DNA of 64,000 bases from Amoebophrya sp. A120 (Eukaryota; Protista; Dinoflagellata). The translations under genes and the position numbers were made by a program. The stretch covers positions 3,555,292 through 3,619,291 of the forward strand of contig CAJINV010000008.1 of assembly GCA_905178155.1 (NCBI GenBank), written 5' to 3'. Positions 44,698 through 55,400 of the stretch are shown here, piece after piece. Every line of letters starts with the position of its first letter. The stretch's first letter is position 1. Below the pieces are notes generated by a model. The model was not told the origin of the DNA and ran no database searches. It saw nothing but the letters and a program-made list of their open reading frames with translations.

Positions 44698-44928
44698 AGC
44701 AATATTTTGTTTCGAAAATGCTCCAGCACAACGACCATCGATCGCCTAGAGGAAAAGTCAAGTATTGACTACTGCGCATGAGGGCACGATAGCACAGCAT
44801 GGTCTTCAAGAATTTATGTGACCGTATACTTACTTAAAGTATATTTGTTGAACAGCGTAAAATAAAAAGTACCGCAATTATACTTCTAGGAAACAACCCT
44901 ACTACTCTTCACTTTCCAGGTTCTAAAA

Positions 44929-45449
44929 ATGCCTATGCCTTCGGCCTTGCACACGTTTCTCGCGCACCCTGCGGGCCCCTTTACCATTCACTTTTGGGCG
45001 CCCACCTTCAAATGGAACCTGAGTATCGCCAATCTGGTCGACTACGCAAGGCCCATCGATCAGGTGTCGACCGCCCAACAGCTCGCGCTGGCGTCCACCG
45101 GAGTCATTTGGACCAGGTACCTGCTACTTTTATCTTTATGGAATGATTTTGCCATTCTTCAAAACCTTGAAATTATTTGCACGTGCATGCAATGAATAAA
45201 GAGCAGGGCCGCTCGCTTCTGCCAGGCATGGATGTACTGTCGCGCTGCTGGTACAAGTACTATCAAATTTCATCTATCATTGTCATTCATACGACCTCCT
45301 ACAGGTGGAGTTTCGTGATCACGCCTGTCAATTACAACCTAGCAGCGGTGAACACCGCTCTCGCGGGGTCCTCCCTCTATCACCTGATGCGGAAAACCTA
45401 CTACGACCCTTTTCCGTCCGCGTCTTCCAGCAAAGCGCCACCTGTCTAG
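44929..45449 (+). CDS. MPC2: Mitochondrial pyruvate carrier 2; exons 44929-45116, 45305-45449
   Basis: HPAGPFTIHFWAPTFKW, STAQQLAL.TG.IWTRWSFVITPVNYNL..VN; one GT-AG intron. Confidence 0.93.
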
Positions 45450-45541
45450 TGAAGAATAGCATTTTTATGCTAATCTACGAAAGGAGTTGTGCTATCATGT
45501 TGATCTCATCGTCCGGGGAAAATCGAACACGAAAAGTTGCA

Positions 45542-45819
45542 TATCAAGTGAAAATGTGTCTGGGTCTGGAAGAGTCCGAGTTTGTCATGCCAAATCTGAA
45601 TCGTACAGAAAAGGAAAACTCACTGTATTGCATGAACCGCAAAAGTTAATACCCACTTCTTGCCACGCAAAAGGCGAATTTCTCTTCAGTATTGGGAAGC
45701 TCTTCCTTGCGAAATTTGTGATGCTTCTCGTCGGTGCATTCCAGACCATCTTTGTGATCCACGAGATGCATGACAAACCTTGCTCTCTTCCAGAGCCAGA
45801 GAGATATTTGCATTTGATA
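45542..45819. mobile_element. Family A element in non-coding DNA 92 bp after the MPC2 stop
   Basis: TIR, exact TSD TTGCA. Confidence 0.88.
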
Positions 45820-48800
45820 TTGCAAGTGCATCGACAACATCTTCAAACCACTGATGCTCGAAGAACCCGAAGGACCACAGGCTACTACCCGTTCTACCAG
45901 CATAGCGGCTACTTGCGTGACACCTTCGGCTTCATCCTCCAGCGGGAACACGGCGGCCTCCTCCACTGGGAATGAAAAACGAAGGACGACTGAACCAAGG
46001 AACAGCCCGCAGCTTGCATCGAGGTGGATCAGCACAAAAAGAACCGTGAACAACTTCTAGCAGTGAAGAACATCAACTACAGTGGGGGAGAAACGAGAAG
46101 CTAGTTTTCGAGAAGACCACACACGTCGCTCTGAGGAGGTGTCACCAGAGCGGATGATAGATCATCATCCTTTTTTTTGTCTGCCCGGCCATAGTACAAC
46201 TTGTCGGAGCTCTAAGTTTAGACGAAGCCAAGTAGTAGTCTGGTCTGATGCAGCCTGTGTGGCGGACAAGAATAAAAAAGTGCGAAAATGCTTCTAACGG
46301 CATCGGCAACTACACCCACAGTTTGCAGCACGAAGGGCTGCCCCACAAAGAAGAAAATATCACGAGGAAGCGGGCATGTGGAATTTGTAGCCATGCAGCA
46401 ACCACACCACGAAGGTCGCGAACGAACATATTACGATGTATTCGTTGCTTCGGAAACCAGATGGAATCTTGACTCGACCGTCACGAAGTTTCAGAGCTGC
46501 AAGTAGCTGCACTTTTTTGATTTTTCAAACAGACACGAGAACGAACGGGGGAGAGCCTGCACAACTAGCTCCACACGGCAACATGATAAAATAGAAGATA
46601 GCATAAAAATATTCTTCACGACGAAAAGATTTTTTCACCCTATTTTTTTGTTACCCTACGAAGCCACATTTTTTTACCCTCACGACACGCGACCACCATG
46701 ACCATGACAAGAGTGCTAGCACTAAGGCGCTCTCGCCTTTTTATACATTTTCCAACCTGATGAGCAAACCTGTACAATTACGAAGTTTTGGCGAACTGAC
46801 TGAAGGGGCTACACCTTTGCGACATGATCATAATTTCATACGAAAAATTTGATAATTTTTTAGGATCGTAGCAGCTTCAGCTTTTGCTTGAGGCTGAGCG
46901 TCAGCTCCTGCTGTAATATGTAGCGCCAGACCTGCAAAAGCCTCTAGCAGGTGTCAAAGGTAGGAGCACTCTGCTATTGCGACTACTGGCTACAAATGGC
47001 TCGTCAGAACAAAATCCGCTGAGCAACGCCAATGACGAACTTCCTAAGTGTATGGATGGCCTGCAAGAATTTCTGTGTAGCCTTGCAAAACGGGAGTACA
47101 AACTCATTTGACGAGCAGTTGCTGCACCATGGCGACAACGCAAAAACGATCATGCGTGGTAGTACAGTACAATAGAAATTTTTTAAACTGTTCCTGTGAA
47201 AAAGAGCTCGATCTTGTGTGATTTGTAGCAGTTTACTAGAGGTTGAAATAAGTATCTATCAACGTTGCTTTGTTTCATCATGGTTTGTTGTATCTCGTGC
47301 CTCGTTTGTACCAGTATGTCTACGACGAGGATGATAGAGCTCGAGACGCTTTTCCGTTTGCGTCAGTAAATTTGGTGTGTTATGTTGTGTCAGTTTTGTT
47401 TTCGACCGAAGCGGAATAAGATAACAAGGAGGTCGGTGGGTGGAGGTACAGAGCTGCAAAGCTCAAGTCAAAATATCAAATATATGCACTTCGAATCTGG
47501 TTTCAGGTTCATGTTTTGATTTAGCGTAGTTTTCATTTTCTATTCTTGCCTTGCGACCCGCAGCTGCACCCACACTACTTTGTTCTTGTCACTAGAAATG
47601 GTCCAGGGACATCAGCCACCCTCACTCTGAAAGTGTCGTCTTTTGGGAGTACGTATGTCATTGCCGTGTTTTTTCCCTGTCGCGCAAGTCAAGTATTTCA
47701 CCGGTTTGCCTAATGCCTGCGCTACGTATTACTTTACTTGTCCTACCCCTACGCACCATGTTGGTCACGGACTTGGTTTCGTGCTAGAGACCACCACGAC
47801 CATTGCGCCTCAGTGACCTACCAGATCAGGAAGATGAACTTGAAACGGACTTCGATTTTTCGTGCATATTTATTATGCTTCGCTATGTATTTGTTCATAG
47901 AGAATGCAAATACTCCACACCTTTAAGGTTAAGCTCAACACTCTGTCATACTCTAGCTCATTTGCGCTGATCCTCTCACGCAGCCGCGTTTGCTTCGTGC
48001 CCTGCTAGCAACTGTCTTTCCGCGCACAAGGATTGCAAGATGCTATCATCGGCAAAGGGAGCAAATCGCCTTGGTTGTTTGAATTTCAATTTTTTCAGCT
48101 ATAAAATAATGAGAACTCATTGTATTGACAAGTAAGAGAGATACTTTTTAGTTGAATATTTATTCTAGATTGTAAGGGCGCTGTACAATTTTTAGAATAA
48201 GTCCAAGTTGTTGTAACCTGGAGTTTCACAAGACTGTTTCACCCATAGATACACCAAATTTGTTGACCAAAACCATTTAGTTCAATTTTCACACAACGTG
48301 GGCAGGCGGTGCCATAAGGAGAAAATTGCGATTTATCTTCGTCAGGGGGCCCGACGGTCGTGCAACAGTGAGTCTGACGTTCAGATGATTCATGATAGAA
48401 GCCCGCCTGCTAACTGCGTACAAGGATAGCACATCAAGGGGCTGAGCTGCTAGACTGCTCTGCGAATGACGAGCGCAAGATAAACATACTTACGACCGAC
48501 CGCGACGAAGATGATTTTTCCCTACGTTCGAACTGTGTTTTGTAATCGAACAAAGACCACCACCACATGATCATCTGCTTCAAGGGTAGGTCAAAACACA
48601 TATCAAAATATCAAAATCTGAATAAATTTTCATCGATTCCAGCTGGATGGAACTTCTCTCTTCAGACACAGAAACGGTCCTGCAGTTCTTGCGACGCGAA
48701 TCTTGCAAGACCAGGGTTGTGACGGAGCACGATTTCCTCGTGCTGTGTTTACGTTTAGAGAGAGGTGGCGGCAACTTACAATTACAAGGACGTGGATGAA

Positions 48801-49368
48801 GAGCAGCTAGCATTACAACTACTGGAGCACCACCATCTTCGAGCGTGGAATCAAGTACGTACTTTCGACGTCCGATGAAGAAGTCTTGTCTTTGTGTCCC
48901 ATTTTCTTGTTGAGCGAGCGGACAGTGAGGAGACACATCTGCATTACATAGAAGAGAGGGAACGCGAAGGCTTGTGCTGGCACAGCTTCATCAACGGAAG
49001 GCTTGTTTTTCGTATAATTCAGCAGTTATTTACTCGCTGAAAGTGAAACTGGATCTGTAGCACGGACGCTGCTACAATCCGTCGCAGTATTTTTGCAAAA
49101 GGACACTCAACGTCCGAACGATCAAGATGTGGCCCTTCATTGTGGGAATGTGCGCATTCATCATCTGGATTGCGGTCGACTACTGAACTGCCGGGTCGTC
49201 TTCGTGCTGTTTGGTGTCTGTTGGCGGCCCCTGCAAAAAGAGAAGATCCTCACGTCGACATTACGTCGACGTCCTCTCTTTACCGCGCTGCGGCCAAGTA
49301 AGTACCTCGTGACCGTGCCTAGTAGCGCGGTCCGGGGGAGAAGATAGAATCATAGTCGTGGCGCAAAC

Positions 49369-51249
49369 ATGGTGCTGTACTTCCTCCGCCCTTCACGCTC
49401 GGTTGAGGACGTGCGGTTTCCTATTACAATGAAAAATGCCTCCTCCCCATATCAAAACGGAAATCTGTGATGCAGATTTGTGGTCACATATCAGCTTTGT
49501 GATGCTAGAAGGCAAAAGATGCGGACTGTAGTGCTGTCTAGCGTGGGAAAGCCTTGCAGCTCCAGGATGACAGGAGGCAACTGGAAGTGGGAAACAGCAT
49601 GACAGATTACCTGCAATTTAGGCCGCAGCTTCGTCTCCTGGCCTTCTAGCAATACAAGTTGATTTGTGTACTCAAATACAGCATAACAAATTCGCGCATC
49701 TTCCGTTTCCGATACGGGGGTGTCCACTACATGATGATGATGACGGGGTGGGGGCTTTTTTCACTTTGAAATTTCCTGGCTTCCTCCTGGGCGTCCACAA
49801 CGTCTTCAAGTGCTTCCAGTACGGCCTTGCCGCCGGCTTCGTCGGCGGCGCGGTCTTGTGCTCACGAAAGGGCAACCTGAGTTGGGCGTTGCTCAGGCAC
49901 GACTGCACGATTGGCATGCGAAATATGGCCTTGTTCACCACTCCGGTGCTGGCACCGGTACGTTGAATTTAGTTGCTTGTTTGGCCGTTGAACGTCTTTG
50001 GCCCTAGTATAATTCATCTGCATGCTTCTAAAAAAGAAAGCGGGGCAGAACTACCAGCAGCACCGGGGTAAGCTCGACGCAGAAAAAGAAAGCAATACTA
50101 TAGTATACTTCAGTATACTACGATGTATACAAACATGGTACAAGATGAAAATGAAAATTCTGAGGTAGTAACCGCTCGGCAGCTGTGGAATTGCGAAAGT
50201 CTAGAGGATCTGGATTGCAAAAATGTCTGGGTCTGGAAGAATGCAGGAATTTGTCATGCAGGTTTTGCATGACCGATGAGGTCTGTGATGCATGCCCTAG
50301 CATCAGAGATTTTGCGAGGGCTCTCTGATGCTCATACCGCATGAGAAATGCCCTCTCCGCGTAGCACAAATTACACCTCTTTTGCTGTTCATGCAATACA
50401 GATTTTAGGTAGATTCCAAAAGTAGCATCACAAGTTGCATTCTTCCAGACCCAGACACTTTTGCATTTGATAGAGGAAAAGAAGGAGCTTGCGTACAACG
50501 TTCAACACGATAAAGCTGTGAACCGCTTGCACCTCCTAACCCTCTACGGCATCGCAGCCGGGTATGGAAACGTCAGGTTTGAAATCCTCAAAGTTGAAAT
50601 AATTTGTAATGCATAAAATGCATGACCCGAGGCACGTGCGTTGCAGAGCAGGCAAGTGAGGCCGATTGTAAGCCTGTTTGGGGTTACAGCTCGAGCTGCT
50701 AGAGTAGCATGAGAAAATCACTCTTCTTTGCCTAAACAGCATGACAAACTGGACTTAGGGACCATCAAAATTTGTCATGCGCCACTTGGAAACTGGGTTC
50801 CAACTGGCATCCATTTTATGCATGACAAATTATTTCAACTTTGTCGATTTCAACTCTGACACATCCATACCGGGGTTCTGTGCTCCAGACGCCTGCAGGG
50901 ACTGGATTTGACACATCCGAAGGGCATGCTCAGCACTGAGGTTGGTGAAGCTGTTACTTAGTTTTTTTTGTGCATCTTCGCTTACACTTGTTCGTTTATA
51001 GAAGAACATCGCGACCGGTTCGTGGTTCGTTCGGTCTTACAGTGATTAATCGTACAAAATGCAAAATTCCAAATCCATATCCATCGGAAACAGGTTTTCG
51101 GAGTCCGGGGCGGCGGAGTCGCGTTAGGGGGTTTTGGCGGCTACTGCAGCGATTTCCCCGTTTCCGTCTTCGTCCCCATCTACGTTTCCCACGTGGACGA
51201 TATACCGGTCTTCTGGCCATGGCTTGCGGGGTTGGACGATGACGACTGA
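49369..51249 (+). CDS. Small multi-exon membrane protein (~194 aa), weak DUF1757-like pattern; exons 49369-49421, 49777-49957, 50165-50208, 50478-50562, 50875-50940, 51094-51249
   Basis: Three introners and two GT-AG introns join in frame (585 nt); Gly-rich hydrophobic helices; family assignment tentative. Confidence 0.6.
49422..49771. mobile_element. Introner, family C, right end AAA instead of ATA
   Basis: TIR, exact TSD TTTCC. Confidence 0.85.
50209..50472. mobile_element. Introner, family A, inverted orientation, left end TCT instead of TAT
   Basis: TIR, exact TSD GAGGA. Confidence 0.88.
50563..50869. mobile_element. Introner, family G
   Basis: Long TIR ..GAAATC..AAAGTTGAAATAATTTG, exact TSD CCGGG. 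Confidence 0.9.
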
Positions 51250-52470
51250 GGCGCGGCTGAAGATGAGGAATCCCTTATTTAGCCCTGCTGTGGCTGTGGG
51301 AGGCAGAGGGTCCTCGTCCTTGGAGGCTTCGCCTTTGCCGCAACCAGGCCAACCTTCGTGGCAGACCTGGTCGTACTAGCAGACGAGCGACTAGAGCTAT
51401 TGAGTACAACAGGTTCAAAAATGAAGACATGGATATCTACTTATTATGTGTACCTCTGTCCAGAGTTCTTTGTACATGTGAAGATCACGACGTCGAAAGA
51501 TATTCATAGAACGCGTTCATTCTCTGCGGAGGTGGAACTACTGCTTTGTGACCGCGTCCGCGCAACGGCGAAGCACATATGCACGACCGAGCACGTCGAA
51601 GAGTACTATGCTGATTTCTTTGCCGCCTTATCACGAGCACGACAACGACGAAAAGAGAGCAGAAAATCATCATGAAAATTTTGTCTTAATTGTGCCCAGG
51701 CAGCAGCCGGGGTTTGATGCAACGAACTCCTACACGTTGTTCTTTCAAGTCGGTACAGTTCCGAATTCGATCATCGAGCACAGGCATTACAGCTGATGAA
51801 GTTGTGTATTCTTTGGCAGCGCTGACAGACTTTACCTTTAGTCCTACTCCACTGCTTGTCCGTCCCCGTCGTCACTGGTCTATTTGCGCGAGAAAGAAAG
51901 AAGATCCCTGTGCCACGCAGTCGTGAAAAAGTGCGAGCTTGAAAAAACAAGATGTAGATCACTCTTGCAGGTGCAGTGTTGTCTGTTTTTATGAGGCGAT
52001 CCTTTTCACCCTTGCCGACGTTGCGATGCAGCAAGCGACGAGATCAAGATCGTGAAGCGGGTTTTTGATTATGTCACGACTAGCTGCATGTGCATGAAGA
52101 TCTCCACGATCCTATTCATGGTGGTGAAAGAAGCGATGATGTGAACAAGAAAATTCTTTCTGTCGATTCTGACTCAAGCATCAATCGGATATTGATCCGC
52201 CCACATTTCCGTGATAGTTTCTGGTTCTGGTTCCCTCTCCGGCAGCGCCGTCCACCTGCTTACTTGTCGCAAATTTTAATCTTTAAGTCGATCAGATTCA
52301 GAACTGATGCGGCGATTCATTTACTCACTACGTTTACTTACAAGACGAGGAAAAAACTTTTGAAAAGCGTGTATTCACCTTCGTACTGAATGATAATAAG
52401 TAGAACTCGACTGCGGCCCATTTCCATTATTTCATTTTACCGAGCATAGCGCAAACTTCATTTAGAAAAG

Positions 52471-55400
52471 ATGACGACATCCTACCCACAGCACTCCCCT
52501 AAAAGTAGGAGTAGTTCTACTTGTACATCACTCCCAGAAGAAGTTGTACAAAAAACCGCCTTCTACGTGGAAACCGAGCGCTGCAGCCCCGAGGAGATGG
52601 CGCTTCTGAAGCCTCACTTTCTCGCCGATCTGAGGCTTTCCCAGGCCCCAATCCACCAAACGCTTGAGCAGCTCCTGACCGACGACAGGAACCGGCTCAA
52701 ATTCCTATGCCACCGGATCCTCCCGCCCAAACCCTTCACTTTCCTGAAACGGCAGAAATTCGTCGTGATGATTCGCGGGAACAACGACTTTGAGCTCAAA
52801 AAGCTGGGGGAGAGGTATGGCTTTCCCAGGGGATTCCCGCTGGTGTGGACGCCAGGAGGATCCACGCCGCGGGCTTTCAAAGCCGAACAAGATGAACAAG
52901 ATCATTCTTTGGATGAAGTGAAAACGCCTCAATCTTCCAGAAAGTCCTCGCCATCTTCGAAAAAGCAGAAGAAAAAGGACAAGCAGCTTGTCATGAAAAA
53001 TGATAAGCTCCAAAAATCCACGTCTGTCGCGTCGCAAGTACTGCTAGAAGCACCTGGTGCTGACGACAAGGCGAGCGGCATTCCTTCGTCCGTGGGCGAA
53101 GTCGTCTCGTATGGTTTCTATCCGAAATTCGATAATGACACGGCGCTGCCGAAGATCAAACTGGAAGACTACGCGAACGCAGAGAAGTTATCTTTCTTCC
53201 GCAAATGGAGTGGCTTCTTATCCATGGTGGTGGCGTTTGACTTGGAGGTAGTACAAGTGTCCAGCGACAGTACGACTCATCAAAGAGCAGACAAAGGTCG
53301 TTTGCTCACATCAACGTCTTCACCCCCACTGCTGTCGTCAGAAAAAATCTTCTGCTGGACGGCGACGTCGAAAAACAGCTGCGACCGAGGCTCGGAATTT
53401 GTCCAGGACGCCGCCCGATTGTGGCGGCCGCACCTCGCAGGCAACTTTTCCCTGGTAAAGCAGATGGCCACCAGGTTCAAGTGTCTCTGTGCCGAGAGCA
53501 TGAGCTTCAAGGACCAGACCCACGGAGCGAGGGTGTTGAAGGAAAGCGTGATTGTGACCGCGCTGGGGACGGGCACAGCATCATTTGCCACGGCTGGTCA
53601 GGTCCTCGAGCAGCTGCCCGAAGATGTGCGATGCATCGGTTCCACCAGCAGTTCTCCTTCGTCTTCCAAATTCGTCCACTATGCGGACCTCCAAGAGTTG
53701 TCCACCTTTTGCCTCAACTACCACCTTCCCCACGACCCCCCAATCATCATCGAGGGGAAGCGGTTAGTCCAAGAGTTCCTGCAAAAGCTCACGGCGGGGA
53801 GGGACTACATGACGGAGAACAACTTGATCAAGATTCTGAGCGGCTTGCGTCTCGAAACCCGGTCCTTCCACCAGGAAGTGCTCGGCGACGTATTGGAGGG
53901 CCTGGTGCTGCACTGCTTCACGAAAGTGGAGGGGGGAATAAATGACACTGCTTCGGCCGATGTTCCTGCGGTCGGGGGAGGTGCGGAGATAGTACCTACA
54001 ACAGAAGCCCCTTCTAAGAATATAATTATGAAGAAACAGATTATCAAGTACAAGTTTCCGAACTACACCTGTCGCACCTTCGGCTTGCGCACCCTCCTCG
54101 GAGACAAGGTCGCGCTGAACTCGCCGAAAGCGCTGCAGGCCTACAAGGATTACGTCCAGCACTGGTGCTACTCCCGGAAGGGCCGGGAGTTTTGGCTGCA
54201 ATTTCTCTGCGAGTGCGGGCTGCGGAGCAAAGAGGTGATGCGGAAGCTGGAGACCATGGAAGGCCGCTCCGAGGATGAACCACTGCTGGAATTAGCCTCG
54301 AGTGGTGCAGAGGAGGCAGTGTCTGTGGACGCCACAGCACGGTGGATGATGAAAAAAGTGAAGGAAGGACAAGAAAAAATAAATCAAGTAAGCGGGGAAA
54401 AAGAACCAGAACACGAGAGGATGAAAAGTGAAATTGGGTTCCACATTCGTCTGGCGGACTACACGAGGGACTTGCTCTTGAAAACCGGGAAAATGGCGTA
54501 CAAGGAAGATGGAATGCTAGCTGCTTGTTCTACGGACCTCACAAATAACCCCGACTCCCCGTCGGCGTTGCGTAATTTCGGCCTTGGTGGGGGAGTAGAA
54601 CAAATCGATGCAGTAGACGCGTTTTCCAAGCAAGCGAGGTACACCACAACTGTGATCTGCGTTTTCGCGCCCATTGGCTACGGGAAAAGCTCCTTTGCAG
54701 AATTTTTGGTGAAGGAGATGAACGTATCAAACAAAAGGAAACCCCCCCCTCCCCATATAAAAACGAAGTTTCTGATGCTGGATTTGCGTACTTACACAAA
54801 AAATCAGATTTGTTTTGCTGGACAAGACTGCAGGCCTATGCTAAGCCTGAGTAGGGAGGTTTTGGGCTAGGCGCTGAGCATGTCTTCAAACGTCTAGTCT
54901 GTAGGGCCAACAGCATCACAAACCGCCGGCAGAATGCGGCGGAGCCTCTGGATTTGCGTTCTTGCAAGACAGAAGCTATGATTTGTGGTCACAAATCAGC
55001 ATTGCAAATTTTCTGCAACGTACCTTTTCGATATGGGGAGGCGGGATTTTTCCTTTCGATAGAACGACCGCCGGAGGTCCGAGGTTGATGCGGGCCGCGG
55101 GCTGCACCTACAACACCCCGAACTGGTCCACATCGACGGCGACGCGCTGTTTTATCCGGATCATGCCGTTGTAAATTCTGTTTCTGGTAAGCCCCCGACG
55201 TCCAACAGTGCAGCGTCTTCTTCGGGAAAAAATGCAGCTTCATCTGCAACGACCGGATCTACAACTTCTAGGAGTACTTCTTCACTCACCTCCGCCAACG
55301 TGAAGCAAACCTGGGAAAATATCCGGAGTAAAAACGTCCCCACACCAGAGTCAGGATGGGGATTTTGCAACACAAACCTAGGAGTTTTGGGAGTCACGCA

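Noticed and set aside
46000-49350. Genes or RNA genes in this gap
   Set aside because: Only short ORFs; no tRNA, rRNA or spliced-leader pattern that I can recognise by eye
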